A DNA stretch of 64,000 nt, from positions 1,364,001 to 1,428,000 of the forward strand of contig JAPYYK010000093.1 in the NCBI GenBank assembly GCA_028534125.1, in the 5' to 3' direction. How positions within the stretch are numbered: the stretch's first letter is position 1; each line of letters begins with the position of its first letter. A program made the translations under genes and the position numbers. The DNA is from Lama glama. Taxonomy: Eukaryota. This document shows, one piece after another, positions 1 through 30,505 of the stretch. The notes under the pieces were generated by a model that searched no databases, was not told the origin of the DNA, and saw only the letters and a list, made by a program, of their open reading frames with translations.

Positions 1-414
1 TCGCTCCACCCCTGCCCTCCGCCTCCTGCACATTCCTCCCTGGCTGAGGTCAGCCCCTCCGGGACGGGGGAGCCCCCCCCCCACCAGCCACATCACAGCT
101 CTTCACTCACTCCTGTTTTCTTCATTGCCCAGCACGGGGGGAGGGGCTGGGGAGAGAGAAGAGGGGGCTGGGAGTGGGGCCTCCCTCTCCTCTCCTTCTC
201 CATAGCCCGGGAGGGGGTGGGGAGGAGGTGCCAGGAATGCTGCAGAAGCAGGCTCCGGTGGCACTCTGTACTCATTAACATACATTAACATAAGTGCTAC
301 ATTTCCTTCCTAGGCTGGGGAGAGCCTCCCAGGAGTACTGGGCAGGGGGTTCCAGATGCTCTGGAAGGGTGGATGGGAGCCTGCACCAGGGGTCAACCCC
401 CTTAGTAGCCGGGG

Positions 415-550
415 AGTGGCGGGGTTGAATCCTGACTCTGCTGCTCACCAGCTGTGTGTCCTTAGGGGGAGACTGAATCTCTCTGATCACTCTCCTTACT
501 TGCCCCGAGATTGTAAACAGTGGGCCAGGCAAATCTGGCACACTGCAAGG
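415..550 (+). mobile_element. MIR SINE fragment
   Basis: GGGTTGAATCCTGACTCTGCTGCTCACCAGCTGTGTGTCCTTAGG resembles the MIR core. Confidence 0.6.
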
Positions 551-3169
551 TACCCAGGTGTGCACTCTGCCGTCTCAGCGCTGGGCATCCTGTGGCCTGC
601 TGGCCTGCTGCCTCTTCCAGCCCAGCTTCATGGGGCCCTTGTTCAGGCTTGGTTCCTCTTCTGTCCCCTCCCCTCCCCCACCAGTCCCCTACCCACCCCC
701 TACCCCCAGCACAATGCTCTACCTGAACCTCCATCCCTGTCCCTCCACATTCGCTGGGGACTCCTCAGTCTTCTCACTCCACAAGTCTCCAACCCCCACC
801 AGCAGTGCCCACACCCTCCTGCAGCAAGCTCCCAACTCAAGGAGGCCTTTCTGTCTCCTTTAAGACAGGACAGGGCCCCACCTCCTCCCCCTGCCCTCCT
901 CACAGGTCCTGGGCTGGGTCCCCGTGATCTTTCCTACCACTTCTCCTTCCAATGCAGCACCCTGCCCACCCCAGCTCCTCACTTGGAGAGCCTGCTGAAG
1001 CTTGGGGACATCCCAGGCTCTTAGCGGGCATTCACATTCTCCCCCCGCCCCCGCTGGCTCAGCCCTGGCTAACCCTGCCAGCGCTCCTGCTACGCCATTT
1101 TTGGGAGGTAGCAGCTCTTCCTTTGCCAGGACTTAGCTCGGGCTTTACCCTCTGCCCATCAGGCCCTCCCCCTTTGCCACCTGCTGGACTTTTCCTCACC
1201 ACTCACCACCCATCTTCCTCTGTGAAGCCCCAGAGGCTTGTAACACCAGCCTCTTTGCAGGGCTCTGGATTCACCGGCAGCCACCATCTCTTGGGGGCCC
1301 CATAGCTGGCAGAGAACAGGCACAGGGAAGCAAGAGATACCGTGCCCGCAGGAAGCCCTTCCACCTTCCTGGGCCTGCTGACCTGGGCAAGGATGGCGGC
1401 TGAAGGATAAGGGAGACTTCAGGCCCCTCCCTGACCCTGCAGCAGCCACTCAGGCCTTGACTCCCTCCACCTGTTTTCTGAGGTCAGAAAACAGAGTCAC
1501 TGCCCAGGAATGTCAAACTGATTTTTCTCCTAAATAAGATCACCTGTGAGGCTATGTCTCCTCCAAGGGGAGAAACCAAAGCAGTCCTGCCCCTGCCCTC
1601 TCCCTGATTCCCAGAGCAACTAGGACATGGCTGGCCATGCCACAGGCCAGGTGGCTGGAGTCTGGGCTTGTATTCCCCAGCCTTAGTGGCTGGTTTAGCA
1701 CTCTGGGTTTGGGGAGGATGACTCTGAAGGGCTCTCAGGGACGTAGGAGGACTTCCTGACATCAGGAGAAGCCATGGGGCTGCCCTGGAACATGATAAAG
1801 GTTCTTGCAGGCCTTGGCAGCCCCTGCAGCCTCTATAGCTCCAGTTCTAAGGGGCCCCCTTCCCATTCTGGGCCTGGCACCTGGGCCTCCACCCACCTGC
1901 TGGGGGTGAGGGGGGTCTGGCTAGGGGAGTTGGGAAGTGGCTGCCAGCCTGAACTGGCTCCTCCCCACAGGGTCTCCCTATACCCTCCCCTCTTTAGACC
2001 TCTCTGACTCAGAGCTTGTCTCTTTCTCTCTTCCCAGCTGTTTCCCTACCACCCCCAACCCAATGGGTTAAAAATAGTGAGGCTGCTACCACATCAGTAG
2101 CCTGAGCAACTATTTGGAGTGGAGCACGCCCTCTGGGAGGTGGTCAACCTCCTGGAGGTCCCCACTGGGATCGCCATGGAGACAGCTCACCTCATACTGG
2201 GATCCATAGGCTTGGTTTGGGCGCAGGAACCTGGGTTCTTTGCCTGGCTCTGCCTGTCTAAGGATTCTGAGCCTCACAGATGCAGCTGCCCATGGGTGGG
2301 GCCAGGAAGATGGGTCTTCTTAGGCTGGGAGAACTCTGGGGGGGACACAGCCAGGGAGCACTGACTCTCCCATGGCTGAGGTCCAGCCCTGAACAGCTCA
2401 AGAGAGTAGGGGATCCCCAGGAGTCAACTTCATGCAGTCCCTCCTGTTGGGGTGCAGGACACCTGGGATGCCCCCCTTGTCTACCGCCCCCCATGGCTGG
2501 GAATTTCCCAACCACCAAAGACAAGGATGAATTGAGAGGCCGCCCCCGCCAGTGCTGGGACAATGAAGCCTTATGCTCTCAAAATCAGAGCAGAGGTAGG
2601 AGGGCCAAGGGCAGGTGGGGGCCTTGCTGTCTGCACCCAGGGAAGCCTTGCTTGCCAGGACCCCACCCAGACCCACTGCCAAGCTGGGTACAAGGAGATC
2701 CTGGCCAGAAACCTGTGTGGCCCACCCAGGGAGGGAGGCATTGGGTTCGTCAGACAGACAATGCCAGGCCCTTAATGGTCCCTCTGTGCAGGGATCCCCC
2801 TCAGGACAGAAGGAAGGAACCATTGCTGGCGCCCGCTTCCTGTTAGGCGGGCATCGGGGCACCGGAGTTCCCGCCCCGCCCGCATATCTAGGGTTCAGCG
2901 GGGTCCAGGGCTGACCGCTGAAGGCAGAAAGGGATCCTGGCTTGAGCGTGGGATTTTCTCCCTGTCACTTGGCGCTCCTCCGCCCTCAGAGACAGGGGTA
3001 GCAGGAAAGGCCCGAGGGACTAGGGCGGGGACGGGGACTGGGGGGCCTTGATCTCCTTCCGATAGGGCTGGGGCGGCTGCAGCCTCTCATCTCCTGCCAG
3101 GACTCGCCCCCCCGTCCCCGAGGCTTAGGGGAAAGGCAGGTGTGAGGAGGCGGGGTCCCAGGTCCCCGG

Positions 3170-3560
3170 CCCCTACCCTTCTCCAGCCCCTACCCGCCCC
3201 GCCTCCGCGGCGCCGACCCCAGCCCAGGCCGCTTTGTCCCACCGCGGGCGCGGAGCCGCCGCCGCCCTACAAAGCTGCCTTTGTGCCCCGCGGCCTCTGC
3301 AAGACCGGATGACGTCAGCCTCCGTGACCGGCCCGGCGCGGGCTTTGGCGCCCTCTGGCGGCCAAAGGCGGAAGCGCTCCCCTCCGAGCCCCACGCCAGC
3401 AGAGGCGGGCCTTTCACCCAGCGTTTCCCACAGGCTGAGCGGGCCGCAGTCCCCACTGTCCAAGGCAGAGTCCAAGCGCTTTGCCTGGCGCTCAGGGCCC
3501 ACCCCACAGGCACCCTGGCCCGGGTTATCTGCCGTTCCCTCCAGCAACGCACGAGCACTT
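3170..3560. promoter_or_regulatory. CpG island just downstream of the GNAI2 poly(A) site
   Basis: Dense CpG, GC boxes, palindromic CRE TGACGTCA at 3310-3317, CTCF-like motif at 3345-3363. Confidence 0.75.
3345..3363 (-). promoter_or_regulatory. CTCF motif
   Basis: Minus strand GGCCGCCAGAGGGCGCCAA matches core CCRSYAGRKGGCRS. Confidence 0.7.
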
Positions 3561-4239
3561 CCCATAGCTTCATGGAAGCCTCTGCATTCTGAGAGCCCTA
3601 ATCCCAACACAGCCACAGCCCGCCCCTGCCCATGGCGACAGACACACTGAAGTGTAGCCACCGGCCTGTGCCTACCCACTTCAGCTTTGGAGAGGGACCT
3701 CTGGGGCAGAGATCTTTCTGGACATGCCTCAAGACCCCTACTGTCCTCAAGTTTCTGTTTAATCAAGCCCAAGGGGGTCTCAATTCTGGGCGGGGCGGGG
3801 GGGTGGAGGGTGTGCAAAGGGCTGCAGCCTACCTGGCTGTGTGACCTCAGTAGCGCACACCATTTCTGGGCCCTGGGCCTGGAAGGTGAGAAGTCACATT
3901 TTCCTCTGCACTAGATGCACTGGACACTCCACCTGCTCCCAATGTGTAAGAATACCCTAGAACAGCACCTTAAGAAATGGGCCCCACCATTCCAGCAACC
4001 AACCCCAGACTGCAGAGGTGCTGGAGGGAGAGGGGGAGACATACAGGGCCCAACGTGTAAGATGACTAGTCCAAGTGGGAAGGCTGAAGCGGTAAGACCT
4101 GGGCCTGAGTATGACCTGGAGACCTAAGCACCCAGGGCCCTGCCAGAAGTGAGGGTCCAGGTCCACATCCCCAACACCTTGGCCCATTTCAGACTGGGTC
4201 TCTGCCCCTGAGGGGGAGAAGAATGCGGAGCAGTTCTCG

Positions 4240-5230
4240 GTATTTTTTCTTTCTACATTTTATTATTTCAAACCAGGTGAACAATTCCATAAAACGTGAA
4301 AAAAGCAAGGAAGTGTTCAACGCTGAAGGTCCCGGGCCTGGGGCGAGGGCATGAGGGGCAGGGCCCCTCAGCAGGCAGCGGCGGTTCCTAGGTTAGCGCT
4401 AAGGAGCTACATTTAGGTTAATGGAGCCAGGGCCCAGGGCCGCAGGGGCAGGCCCTCAGTGACATTGGCAGTTATCTGGAACAGCCCTTGGAACCCAATT
4501 CTGTGGAGGGCAGGGCACCGCCCACACAGGGGGCAACCAGCAGAGGGATGGGTGTAAACACACAGACACACTCAAGGCACAGAATCACTGGAAAGGGGTT
4601 GGGTGGGCGCTGGTCAGGATTGGACAGTTTTAAATAGTTTTTCTCTAAAAAGTTTTCTAGGTTTGCAGTTTTTTTTTTCTCTTGACTTTCATTTTTTTAA
4701 AAAGCTACGAGAATTAGCAGGTGGACTGTGGTCTCCAGGAATGGTGGCGTTTCACGCTTCTTGTGCTTTTTCCTTTGGGGCCTCCGAGTGGCTGGGGGGG
4801 GTGGGCCTGGAGTAGGGGGTCGGGCGGGAGGCTCCCTGTAAACATCTGGACTGGGGCTGGGTCAGGGGCTGGTGTTGGGTGAAGCTAAGGGTCCCAGGCC
4901 GGAGAATTGGGTGCCCCTCCAAACACAGGCCTTGGGAAACTCAGTATGTGCTCCCCTCCCCATCACAGAACAAGATGATGGTTAAAACCAGAAGAGATGC
5001 CAGGAGAGGGTACCCATGGCCCTTCCCTGCACCTGGGACAAGGGCGGGCTTCAAACACAGAGGCCTGTGGCAACCCCTGCCCCCAGTCTCTGGACCTGAG
5101 GGAGGGGACAGGGGATCCAAGAACAGAGAGTGGAAAGAGGAGGAAAAGCGGCCAGGGGGACAGGCGGGGAGCGTGGTCCTCTTGCCCCCATCTTCCTCAG
5201 GGGCTGGGGGGAGCAGAGTCGGCGGTGGCC
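4240..5230 (-). other. GNAI2: GNAI2 exon 9 (non-coding 3'UTR exon)
   Basis: Acceptor CCAG|GGCCACCGCC at 5230; AATAAA at 4264-4259; 3' end approximate. Confidence 0.85.
4259..4264 (-). terminator. GNAI2 polyadenylation signal AATAAA
   Basis: tttatt on + strand at the end of the 3'UTR exon. Confidence 0.85.
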
Positions 5231-5889
5231 CTGGAGGTGGGGGACAGTCAGGGCATGGGTCAGGAGGTAGCCAGTGTGTGTCGCTCCTCCCACCTCCCTA
5301 GACAATGACCCTTCTCCTTTTTCCCCACCAGGGACACAGTAGCTGCCCAGGAGCCAGTGTGCATTGCTGGGCTACATGGGGGAGGGGAGTCTGTAGCACC
5401 ACAGAGTCCCCTCCTCCCCCAGGGCCGGTGGGGCCCGCCCCAGCTTAGGACCCTCACATAGGTCCGAGGGAAACAGGGCAGGGCTGAGAGTGCAGAGCTG
5501 GTCATACTGAGTGGCGGGCAGCTGGGCCCCTCGATCATCAACAGACTTCAAGCTAGGCCAGTGGCCTGCTGGTGAGGAAGTTGAGTTTTCTCCATGGAAG
5601 GTCGGGAGAGCCCTGTAGTTCTGCCCCAGGGCACCGCCAGGCGCTTCTGGGCCGCTGAACGGAATGAGCCTGGGGCCTACGTGTGCTGCCTCCTCAGTGC
5701 CCTGCACTGTGGCCCTCAGCACCCTGTGCTGCCCTTGCCCTTTGGTCTCCTACTGGCTGCCCAGGCCCACCCCCCCCCCGCACTGGGACCTCCTCAGCCC
5801 CCACCCCACCCCTTCTCTGGGTGCTGAAGGCCCCCTTTGCTCCTCCCCAGCCCCCTCAGGCTCACCGTCCTGCCAGGCCCCGCTGCCCC

Positions 5890-24270
<18,381 letters not shown>

Positions 24271-27200
24271 CTTGTTAAAGTTAACGAACCCAATAAACTT
24301 GTTTTGGGATCTGCAGAGCCCCAGGAGCTCTCTGGACTGGGCCTTTTTCCGTCTTAAAGCTGCCTTGGTCCCTTCTTTAGGTAACAGTAAGAAAAAAATC
24401 TATTGCCACCTCAACACCCTTGGCCAGGCTGTCTCCCTCAGCAGGGGTACCTTCTCTAATCATCCAAGACTTACCCATCTTTCTTTGATCATCTAGGAGG
24501 TATCCTCCTGCAGGTGGCCATCCTGGATTCCAACCTGGGACCCAGCAACCAGGACCTAAGGGAGAGAGAGAGAGAGATGCCACCTGACTTGTGGGAACAA
24601 AAGTGGCTGTGATCTTATTATGGCCTATCACCACTGGACAGTGGCTGCAACCCCATGGCTGGGCAAAGGTGGGGTGGAGGCAGCAGCATTTCGGGCGGTA
24701 CATTTCAGTCTTTTCCTGACCCTGTTCTCCAGGAGGAGTACACAGCCCCCACCTCTGATGGACATTTGAAGGGTCTGCCTCGGGTTACCCAGGAAGGTGT
24801 CCTGTGTGGCCCCAGTGCCATGAGCTGGGAGGCCCCAGCCTAAAGACGAATAAAGGTCCACAAAGTCAGGAATGGAGCTGGCCACCAAAGGTTGGCCATC
24901 CACTGCCCCCTGTTCAGCACAGACTCTCTCCTTCCCAGCTTGGCACACAACTTGTTTCACCTCCCAGTCCTCAGGCTGTCTGCTTTCCCTGGAGTGTCTG
25001 TGTGTCCCTATCTGAATGGCTCCCCTGTTGAGGAGCCATTGGTCTGAAAGATTTCCAATGATTCCCCCCAGGGCACCCTCCTGCCTGGAGCCAAAGCTCA
25101 GGTAGGCCCTGCTATAAGCACACAGCAAATCTGTCAGAAACACACAACGCCCACCCAGGGACACAAACATTGAAAGATATGCTCTATATATCCATACATA
25201 GGTCCAGCCTCCAAAGTGCTTCAGATCCACAAGAACACACTGTAAAAATGGGCGCACACAGCCAAGAATTCAGCCTGTCCACACACAGACTACAAACCCA
25301 GCTCCAAGGCGGGCCTCTTCCCCCGCCAGCCCCTCCCCTTACTGGAGAGCCGATCCTCCCTCGTTGGGCCTCCACGGCCTGCTCCTAGCAACAGCCAACA
25401 GCTCTTGTAGTTGCCAGGCAACAGGGAGAACCTGTCAGCCCCTTGGAGGCCAGGCTCACCAGAGGTAGGCAGACACAGACCCCAATCAATGGAGGCGGGG
25501 CAGGACACTGTCACTGGGAGGAATGGCTTCCCCCAGGCCCAGGCCAGGTCCTGTGGTATTAGTGTGGTATTTGCACCCTTGTCACCACTTAGCCACTCCC
25601 TTCCAGTTACATGTTCTTTCTAGAGAGTCCAGCAACCCCTGTGCCCTTGCTCTGGGCTGCTCCCTCTCCATTGGAGTCCCTAGGGCTACAGCTAGGCCTC
25701 TGTTTGCTCCTCCAGTCACATACCTCCCACTCCAGGGGCTCAGAACCCCACGAGGTCATCTCCAGCCCAATTTCTCCCCTGATCACCAGCCTCATATCCA
25801 CCACTGCTGCTCTGAAGTCTCCCCCAGAGACTTTGGGCCCCTCTAATAGGCCCTGTTCCTGGGCTTTTCACTTTATGGCCTCTTGCCAGCCAGAGCCATG
25901 ACCGCCCCCCTTCTCTACCCCTACACCCCGATAGTTTCTTCCCCTCCTCAACTCCCCCTCAAATCTATCTCCATTCTCTGTCCCCACTGTCCCTTATTCT
26001 CTGCCTCCAGCCTCCTCCTTGGCTCTCCCATTTCCTCTACAATCCATCCACTACATGGAAGCCAAGGGGAACCTGCTGGAAGAAATCACATCACTGTCTT
26101 GCACATCAACTTCCTGTGGCTCCCCAGTGCCTGAGGACAAAGCCAGCACACATGCTGTGGACTGTGAAGGAGGGAGGCAGAGGTGGTAGAGTGGCAGTTG
26201 ACAGCAAGGACGCTGGGGAGCAGTCTGCAAACCTGCTGGCTGCATATTACCAGAAACTCCTGGTGTTTCAGTTTTCTTAACAGTAATAGCTGCTCACTGC
26301 ACCGGCTGAGCTCAGGATCGAGGGAAGACATGTAGGCAAACGTTCGGAACGTCCCCCCATTCCCTTCCCCTACTCATCCCTCCTCCCGGTCTCTCATTCC
26401 CTGGCTGTGAGCTGGGTCTCTCTAACTCCCCTCGTCCTGGGGCTTCCCCTCCCCAGCCAGATCCCACTATCCTGGTGGTGGGTCTCTCCCACCAGGGTCT
26501 CTGATTCCAGATCTCTTGCAGCAGAATCCTTGAGGGTGGTAGGTAAAAATTTGTCCAATGCAATGAATGAATCACACAAAGTCTAACCCCCCTACCTTCC
26601 TGGAGCAAAGAGAGGTATAAACAACTAATTCTGCTGTCACTATAAAAATATTCACCATAGTTGTTTGTGCAGAGAGGGGAGAAACTAATGGTTCCTGGGA
26701 AGGTGAGGGAGCCTTCTTGGTGGAGGTGATGTGGAGAGAGAGGAGATCACTGAGGAATAATGTTCCAGGGAGACAGAACAGGGAGGTGGGACGGGGACGG
26801 TGGGTTTGGGGAAGGACTGGAGAAAATCAAGGGTCAGAGCTAGAGAAATGCTTGGCTTTGCAGCTGAGGTCACTGAGGCCCAGAAGGGGCCAGGACCCAT
26901 CCAAGGTCAACAAGTGACGGACACACAGGCATGCTGCTTCCTTCACACTCGGGAACCCAGGAATCCTTTCATCCTTTTGGGAGATGTCATTCTGGGGGCA
27001 GAGGATGGTTGCCCAGGCAGGGCCTCATGGGCACCAGAGGAGGCATGACTTGTCCCTGTGCCCACTGGACCAGCACGACCTGAACTAGACCATAAAGAAT
27101 AGTGAAATGACATTCAGCAGAACTGAGAGAGGCACCCCTGCTGGAATGGAGAAGTGGCAGCTACCGGCTGACCTGGACAGCTACACCAGCCTGGGGCTCA

Positions 27201-27929
27201 CCACTGGCCACAGAGCAGGTCCAGCCTGTCCTGAGTTCCTGTCGTGCACCAGGCTGAACAGGGTGAGGAACAGAGACCCCCTCAGTAAGCTGTGACACCC
27301 CAGCTCACAGGCTCCAGGAAGGGGAAGCTGCCAGTACTTCCCCAAAGGCAGTTTCGGGGTGGGTGTATCTGCCCCAAAGCAGAGTTCGGGAACAGGCAGG
27401 ACCCCACAGGGATACCGAGTCCAGCATCCCGACCACCCCACCTCCATGGCTCCCAGATGGCAGGGAGTCTCCAGCAAGACCCTATACCACCAAATCACAG
27501 CTTTGCAAACAGGATCTCAGCAATTTCTGCTTCTAGATCTCCGTGGCCAGAGCTGGCTCCTTCCCTACAGCCCTGAGCCAGGCTCCACCTCCTGGTATAT
27601 CCCCTACACTTCCCCTTTCCTGCTTGAGCCCAGCAGCAGTTTTGAGATTGGAGCTGGCTCTGCTCCTTCCTTCCAAACCTCTATTCCCAGGCTTCTCTCC
27701 TCCCCAGAAAAAGTCTCAAGCCTGGAAGGCCCTGGGGCCCAGTGTCCCCCTTCCCGGTCACCTGCCTTCTTCAAAGGCAATTGGCTTTGGCCTAGAGAGC
27801 TCAGACCCCAGCATTCCATGCCAGAAATTTCTGGATGGGCTAGGAGATTCCACCTGATCGGGGCAGGAGGATCTGAGAGGAGTGAACCTATTGTGTGCCA
27901 TTGTGCTGAGAACCGTCTGGTGAGGGAGG

Positions 27930-28260
27930 CAGCTGGGACCCTACCCTTCAGGAACACACAGCAAACACAGAAACAGGGACATGCACTCCACGGTTTCCAA
28001 GGAAATCAACAGGGTAACACAGAGCCACTGGGTGGGGTATGCAGGAGGAAACAGTCTGAAGAGGGGACTTCTGAATGATGAGAAGGAACCGATCATGTGA
28101 TGAGCCAAGAGAAGAGAGTGACAGATGGAGGCAATAGCGAGTGCAAAAACCCGGGGGTGGGAAGGGGCCAGGCATTCCTAGAAGAGAAAGGCCAGCCTGG
28201 CAAGGACAGTGAGAGCAAGAAGGACTATGAAGGACTGTGGTGTGAGAGAGGACAGCCACG
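27930..28260 (-). mobile_element. LINE-2 fragment
   Basis: GCAATAGCGAGTGCAAAAACCCGGGGG...AAGGCCAGCCTGG, L2-like. Confidence 0.5.
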
Positions 28261-29009
28261 AGGCATCAGTGAGGCATGGGGCAGGCAGGAGGTTCCCAAT
28301 TGCTCAAGAGATGCTGAGGCAGGAGTGCATATGAGCCTGCAGCAGGCACCAGCATCTCCAAGCCAGTGACCCACGTCTAGCTCTGAAAATCCAACTGGTC
28401 CTGGCACTTGGGGTGATATGACTGGGAGACAACTGCCCAATCAGTGGCAGCAGGGGACCCAGGAAGCCTTCAGGGCTTTGGGGCCACGTCTGAGCTGAGT
28501 CCCCCTCCTTGCCCTTGAAGAGCTCTTGGTCCAATTTGCCACTGTGTCTGCCACCTACACAGCCTCTAAAGGCCACCTCCCCTGGGAAACCAGGATCCTT
28601 CGAGGGCCTGGGAAACAATCAGCCCTCTCCCCAGGAGCCACTCCTCTGCTCACCTTGTTGCCTAGCCTTCCCTGTTATGCTCTCCAAAGGCTGGGGCTGG
28701 TAGCCTCTCCGGTGACTCGTTAGGGCCTTCATTAGCACGGCTTCCTGGATTTTAATTTAATGAAAGAACAAAAACAGTCCTAATAAAGGTGATGCAACAG
28801 CAAGCAGCCCATGAGGTGCCTCCAAGCCTCAGGCACCAGGGCTCAGGAGTTTCCTGTAGATGGTGACTAGGAGGAGAGGGGGAAGGGAAAGGGGACCTGT
28901 ACCTGGGAGACAGGGCTAGTCACTGAGCCCTGAGGCATGGGACATTGCTCTGCAGTACCGCAGGGAGCAAATGCTGCCACCGAAGCCAGCTAAATAGAGG
29001 AATGAGTGT

Positions 29010-29500
29010 GGTTGGGGATTGCTTCAGGCTCCCGGAGAAAAGCTTCTGAGATGCTATCAGCCAGTGCAAAGGCCCTGGGCCAGCAGTTGGTCAGCACAGG
29101 CCAGGCTAGAGCCAGCGGGTAATCAGCAGGGGCTCAGCTCATCAGGGCCATAGGGCAGGGAAGAGTTTAAATTTTATTCCAGTGGGGGGAGGGTATAGCT
29201 CAAGTGGTAGAGCACTTCCTTAGTATGCACTAGGTCCCGGGTTCAATCCCCAGTACCGCCATTTAAATCAAGTAATCAATAAACCCAATTACCCCTCCCC
29301 TCAACAACAACAAAAAATTTATTCCATATGGGATGGAAACAACTGTAGGGTTTTTATAGGCAAGTGACATGATCTGCTATTTTAAAGTTCCCTCTGGCTG
29401 CTAAGAAGAGTGTGGCCTAGGGGTAAGGCAAGGGGGGAGGCAGGGAGTGACCACCATGTGGTGCAGGAGGTGAGAGTGAGAGACTAAAGCCTATGGAGAA
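29010..29500 (-). mobile_element. LINE-2 fragment interrupted by the Vic-1-like SINE
   Basis: CCAGTGCAAAGGCCCTG...GAGTTTAAATTTTATTC[SINE]...GTGACATGATCTG...TTTTAAAG..CCCTCTGGCTG. Confidence 0.55.
29182..29316 (+). mobile_element. tRNA-derived SINE, camelid Vic-1-like
   Basis: A box TAGCTCAAGTGG, B box GGTTCAATCCC, tail AATAAACCCAATTACCCCTCCCC plus A-rich end; TSD-like AAATTT(T)ATTCCA on both sides. Confidence 0.85.
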
Positions 29501-29859
29501 AGATCTCTCCCACATCCTCTGCTGAGGGGCAGGGAAGGGCATATGTAACTGGACTGAGCTTGTTTCCTCCAGTAGGTTTGGGCTGACTAGTCCCCTTTTA
29601 GCCTTCTCCGCAGGCTTGGCCTCTTCTCCAAATGCACATTGTTCAGATACTTAAAGAAAATAGGTCTAAAAGGTTCCCCAGGAGCCTGTAGCTGCTTCCC
29701 CATCTCTGTGCACCTTTCCACTCCCCTGCTGGAGTTGCTTTCCCATTTCTCCATCGCAGGGAAGTCTTCGTTGCCCTGTCCGCAGGTCTTGGGCAGCGCC
29801 AAGCCTCCCACGAACTCCAGGACTGTATTTCACAAGGGAAAAGGCCAGAGGCTTAGGTG

Positions 29860-30450
29860 TGGGGCCGAGAGCTACAAAGGGTGCAGCCTCGCAGACGCTT
29901 TCGGCCTCCCGCCCCCCCTCCCCCGGTCCTAAGACTCCTGCCCTACGACGCGGCAACACAGCCTGCCCTCGGCCCCAGTCTACCGCAGCCCCCTCGCACC
30001 CTCTCAGTCCTTGACCTCCCTACCCATGTTCTGGCACCCACGGCACCCCACCGCCCCTCTGAACCCACCCCCTCTGGCCTCCCAAGTCGAGCAGAAGCCG
30101 GAAGTGGCCTCTGAATGCACCGCCCCGCCTCTTCCGGTGCTTCTCTACGCGGGAGTGCGGGTTTCCGCGGCTCCAGAGGCTCGGCATCACAGGGCAGCGG
30201 CGCCCTCTAGTGGGACTTTGGCGCAGCGCGGGAGCCGAGGCGAGTCCCCCTCCTCGATCTCCCCGCAGCCATCTCCTCTTGTCCCGACTAATGCTTGCCC
30301 TTACCCCGACCAGGCCTGCCCTCCCGCCTCCCTGGCGACCTCACCCCTTTCTGCCCAGAGCCTTCCTGCCTGCCTTCCTTTCATGCCCCAGCCAGGAAGC
30401 CTTCCTGGATTGCCTTCCAGCCTCGAGGCCCCAAACCCCGTACAGCCATA
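29860..30450. promoter_or_regulatory. CpG island ~6.5 kb upstream of the GNAI2 ATG (candidate distal promoter)
   Basis: CpG-rich; ETS sites CCGGAAGT at 30098-30105 and CTTCCGGT at 30131-30138; GC boxes; minus-strand donor GGG|GTAAGG at 30305. Confidence 0.65.
30197..30215 (-). promoter_or_regulatory. CTCF motif
   Basis: Minus strand TCCCACTAGAGGGCGCCGC. Confidence 0.72.
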
Positions 30451-30505
30451 GCTGACCATTCCCACCACACGGCCTTCAACGTGTCGGGTGATTCACTGCG
30501 CAGGC

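Noticed and set aside
1-3100. Possible SEMA3B exons or SEMA3B-AS1
   Set aside because: Expected by synteny, but no semaphorin coding sequence or convincing exon is visible; only scattered TEAD-like motifs and a 10-bp tandem duplication (273-292).
29184-29260. tRNA-like sequence with A and B boxes
   Set aside because: It is followed by a SINE tail and flanked by TSDs, and a second diverged copy is nearby; it is a SINE head, not a tRNA gene.
30221-30275. Partial similarity (GCCTCGGCTCCCGCGC, minus strand) to the human MIR5787 hairpin, from recall
   Set aside because: Only the 3' arm resembles it and the mature 5' arm is not preserved; it is best explained as orthologous CpG-island sequence, not a conserved miRNA.
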